A stretch of 63,882 nucleotides of DNA, the filler included, from Octopus bimaculoides (lineage: Eukaryota), in the NCBI RefSeq assembly GCF_001194135.2. It is 4 parts of 4 records of this genome, joined end to end, with 100 filler letters (N's around TTAATTAATTAA, not from the genome) between each part and the next. Parts side by side here need not be neighbours in the genome. Positions count along the whole stretch, not along the records: positions 62,691 to 63,882 come from NC_068991.1; 3 more parts are not named here. One strand, written 5' to 3'. Shown here one piece after another: positions 62,591-63,882 of this stretch. Within the stretch, counting starts at the first letter, position 1; each line of letters opens with the position of its first letter. The translations under genes were made by a program, and so were the position numbers. A model generated the notes under the pieces. It ran no database searches and had not been told where the DNA came from. It saw only the letters and a program-made list of their open reading frames with translations.

Positions 62591-62690
62591 NNNNNNNNNN
62601 NNNNNNNNNNNNNNNNNNNNNNNNNNNNNNNNNNTTAATTAATTAANNNNNNNNNNNNNNNNNNNNNNNNNNNNNNNNNNNNNNNNNNNN
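62591..62690. other. Synthetic scaffold linker N44-TTAATTAATTAA-N44
   Basis: Exactly 100 nt, same design as the other two. Confidence 0.92.
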
Positions 62691-62722
<32 letters not shown>

Positions 62723-62810
62723 CTGTCCGTGTATGTATGTATATGTGTGGATGTATGTGTCTGTCTATGTATATGAATGAATGGATTGTGTGGATAAAAA
62801 TAAACCTTTT

Positions 62811-63795
62811 CTATAATGAACCTTCTGCTTCAGAAACTGTTTCAGTGTGAGATCTAAATTGTCTACACGCTCGAATTAAGTGGTCCTTGTTCATTTTGGA
62901 CACTACCCTAACTATGGCGGCTTTCAAAGAATCTTTTGTATGATGGGCATGTTCATTGACCTCCCTCTCTCTCTCTCAACAGCGCTCCACATGTAATAGT
63001 CCAATGGATTGAAATCCAGAGAATTAGGAGTCCAAATGTTAGGGGTTATGTGATCATGAACATTTTCAGCCATCCATTCCTGCATTACTAGAGCCTTGTG
63101 TGATTGTGCAGAATATTGCTGAAATACATATGGCTTTCCATTGCGTACACTGTCTATCCAGGGTTTAACAACTGTTTCCAGGACCTCAATGTAGGCGGCA
63201 GAGTTAACTTAAAGGCCTTGTGGAAAGAAGTAAGTTGTCATTCCTTACTGACAACCCCTCAAACCATTACAGTTTCAGGAAATTTTCTATGCATAACTCT
63301 TGGAATTTCATGAGAGTCTGCACAAACCCATCAGTCATTTCTTCTAACTTTTTTGATCTTGGTCGAGGTTTTTCTGCTGGATTTTTCAGTTTGTTGAAGA
63401 GCCTTTTAGATCTTATTTAGGTATTTTCTTTTGCTTTTACTGACATAAATTGACCTTTCCTCATCATATAAGACATATCTGATGTCTTCGTAGACATCTC
63501 TGATTATTCCTTGCGATTGATCTCATAGATTTTCTGGTATTGTAATCAATAGTTTGTTGAACTTACTGGTTAACTTCAGGTGTTCTGATGAGTTCAGAGC
63601 GTTTGGAATGCTTTTTGCCCTTTCATACTGGTGTTACGTTTCCATCTTCGGTCTCTAACTTCGTACGAACTTTGTAGACGAAAGACCTAACGACCTTTAA
63701 AACATCTAAGTATTTCTAAATCGCTATGCTCAGCATTTATAGCCACAAAAAGCAGCATACTTCTTCATTTCTTGAGTAAGCTGAGGGTCTGACAT
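62811..63795 (-). pseudogene. Near full-length DD37D (maT-type) transposase pseudogene
   Basis: ATG at 63795 (MSDPQLTQEMKKYA...), RSFVYKVR, KSMRSIAR, MRKGQFMS, DQDQK..RND.W, MHRKFPETVMVL, VNSAAYIEVLETVVKPWID...YVFQQY-(37 aa)-DYYMWSAVERE. There are 37 residues between the second (mutated D>Y) and third catalytic positions; the sequence has stops and frameshifts. Confidence 0.88.
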
Positions 63796-63882
63796 TATTA
63801 TTTTCTGAAACAGAGATTATATAGAGTTAGCAAAAAATGCAACATTGACCAAAAATAAAAGAAGTCCTCAAATGCATTACGT

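Overview
This is AT-rich eukaryotic genomic DNA from a gapped draft assembly. The SINE families, microsatellite density and TE mix look like an octopus-type coleoid cephalopod; that is recognition from memory, not a database result. The only host protein-coding sequence I can support lies in the first 3.3 kb. It consists of three uninterrupted coding blocks of receptor-type (membrane) guanylyl cyclase genes: an ANF-receptor-type extracellular domain, a complete pseudokinase + coiled-coil + cyclase block, and the cyclase block of a second tandem paralog (about 72% aa identical by hand alignment). All three blocks lack introns, and both cyclase domains share unusual active-site-loop substitutions. 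The remaining 60 kb is a transposon and microsatellite graveyard. It holds a truncated Gypsy-like LTR element, a piggyBac fragment fused to a Helitron helicase fragment, six R4/Dong-like RLE-LINE remnants, RTE and probable CR1-like LINE remnants, DD34D mariner, DD37D (maT-type) and Tc1-like transposase remnants, MITEs, several tRNA-derived SINE families, and a ~550-bp element found only inside TAA microsatellites. Assembly artefacts include N gaps, three synthetic 44N-TTAATTAATTAA-44N linkers and a 456-bp false duplication. Nearly all other ORFs in the track are translated microsatellites or TE debris. I found no CRISPR array, rRNA or genuine tRNA gene.
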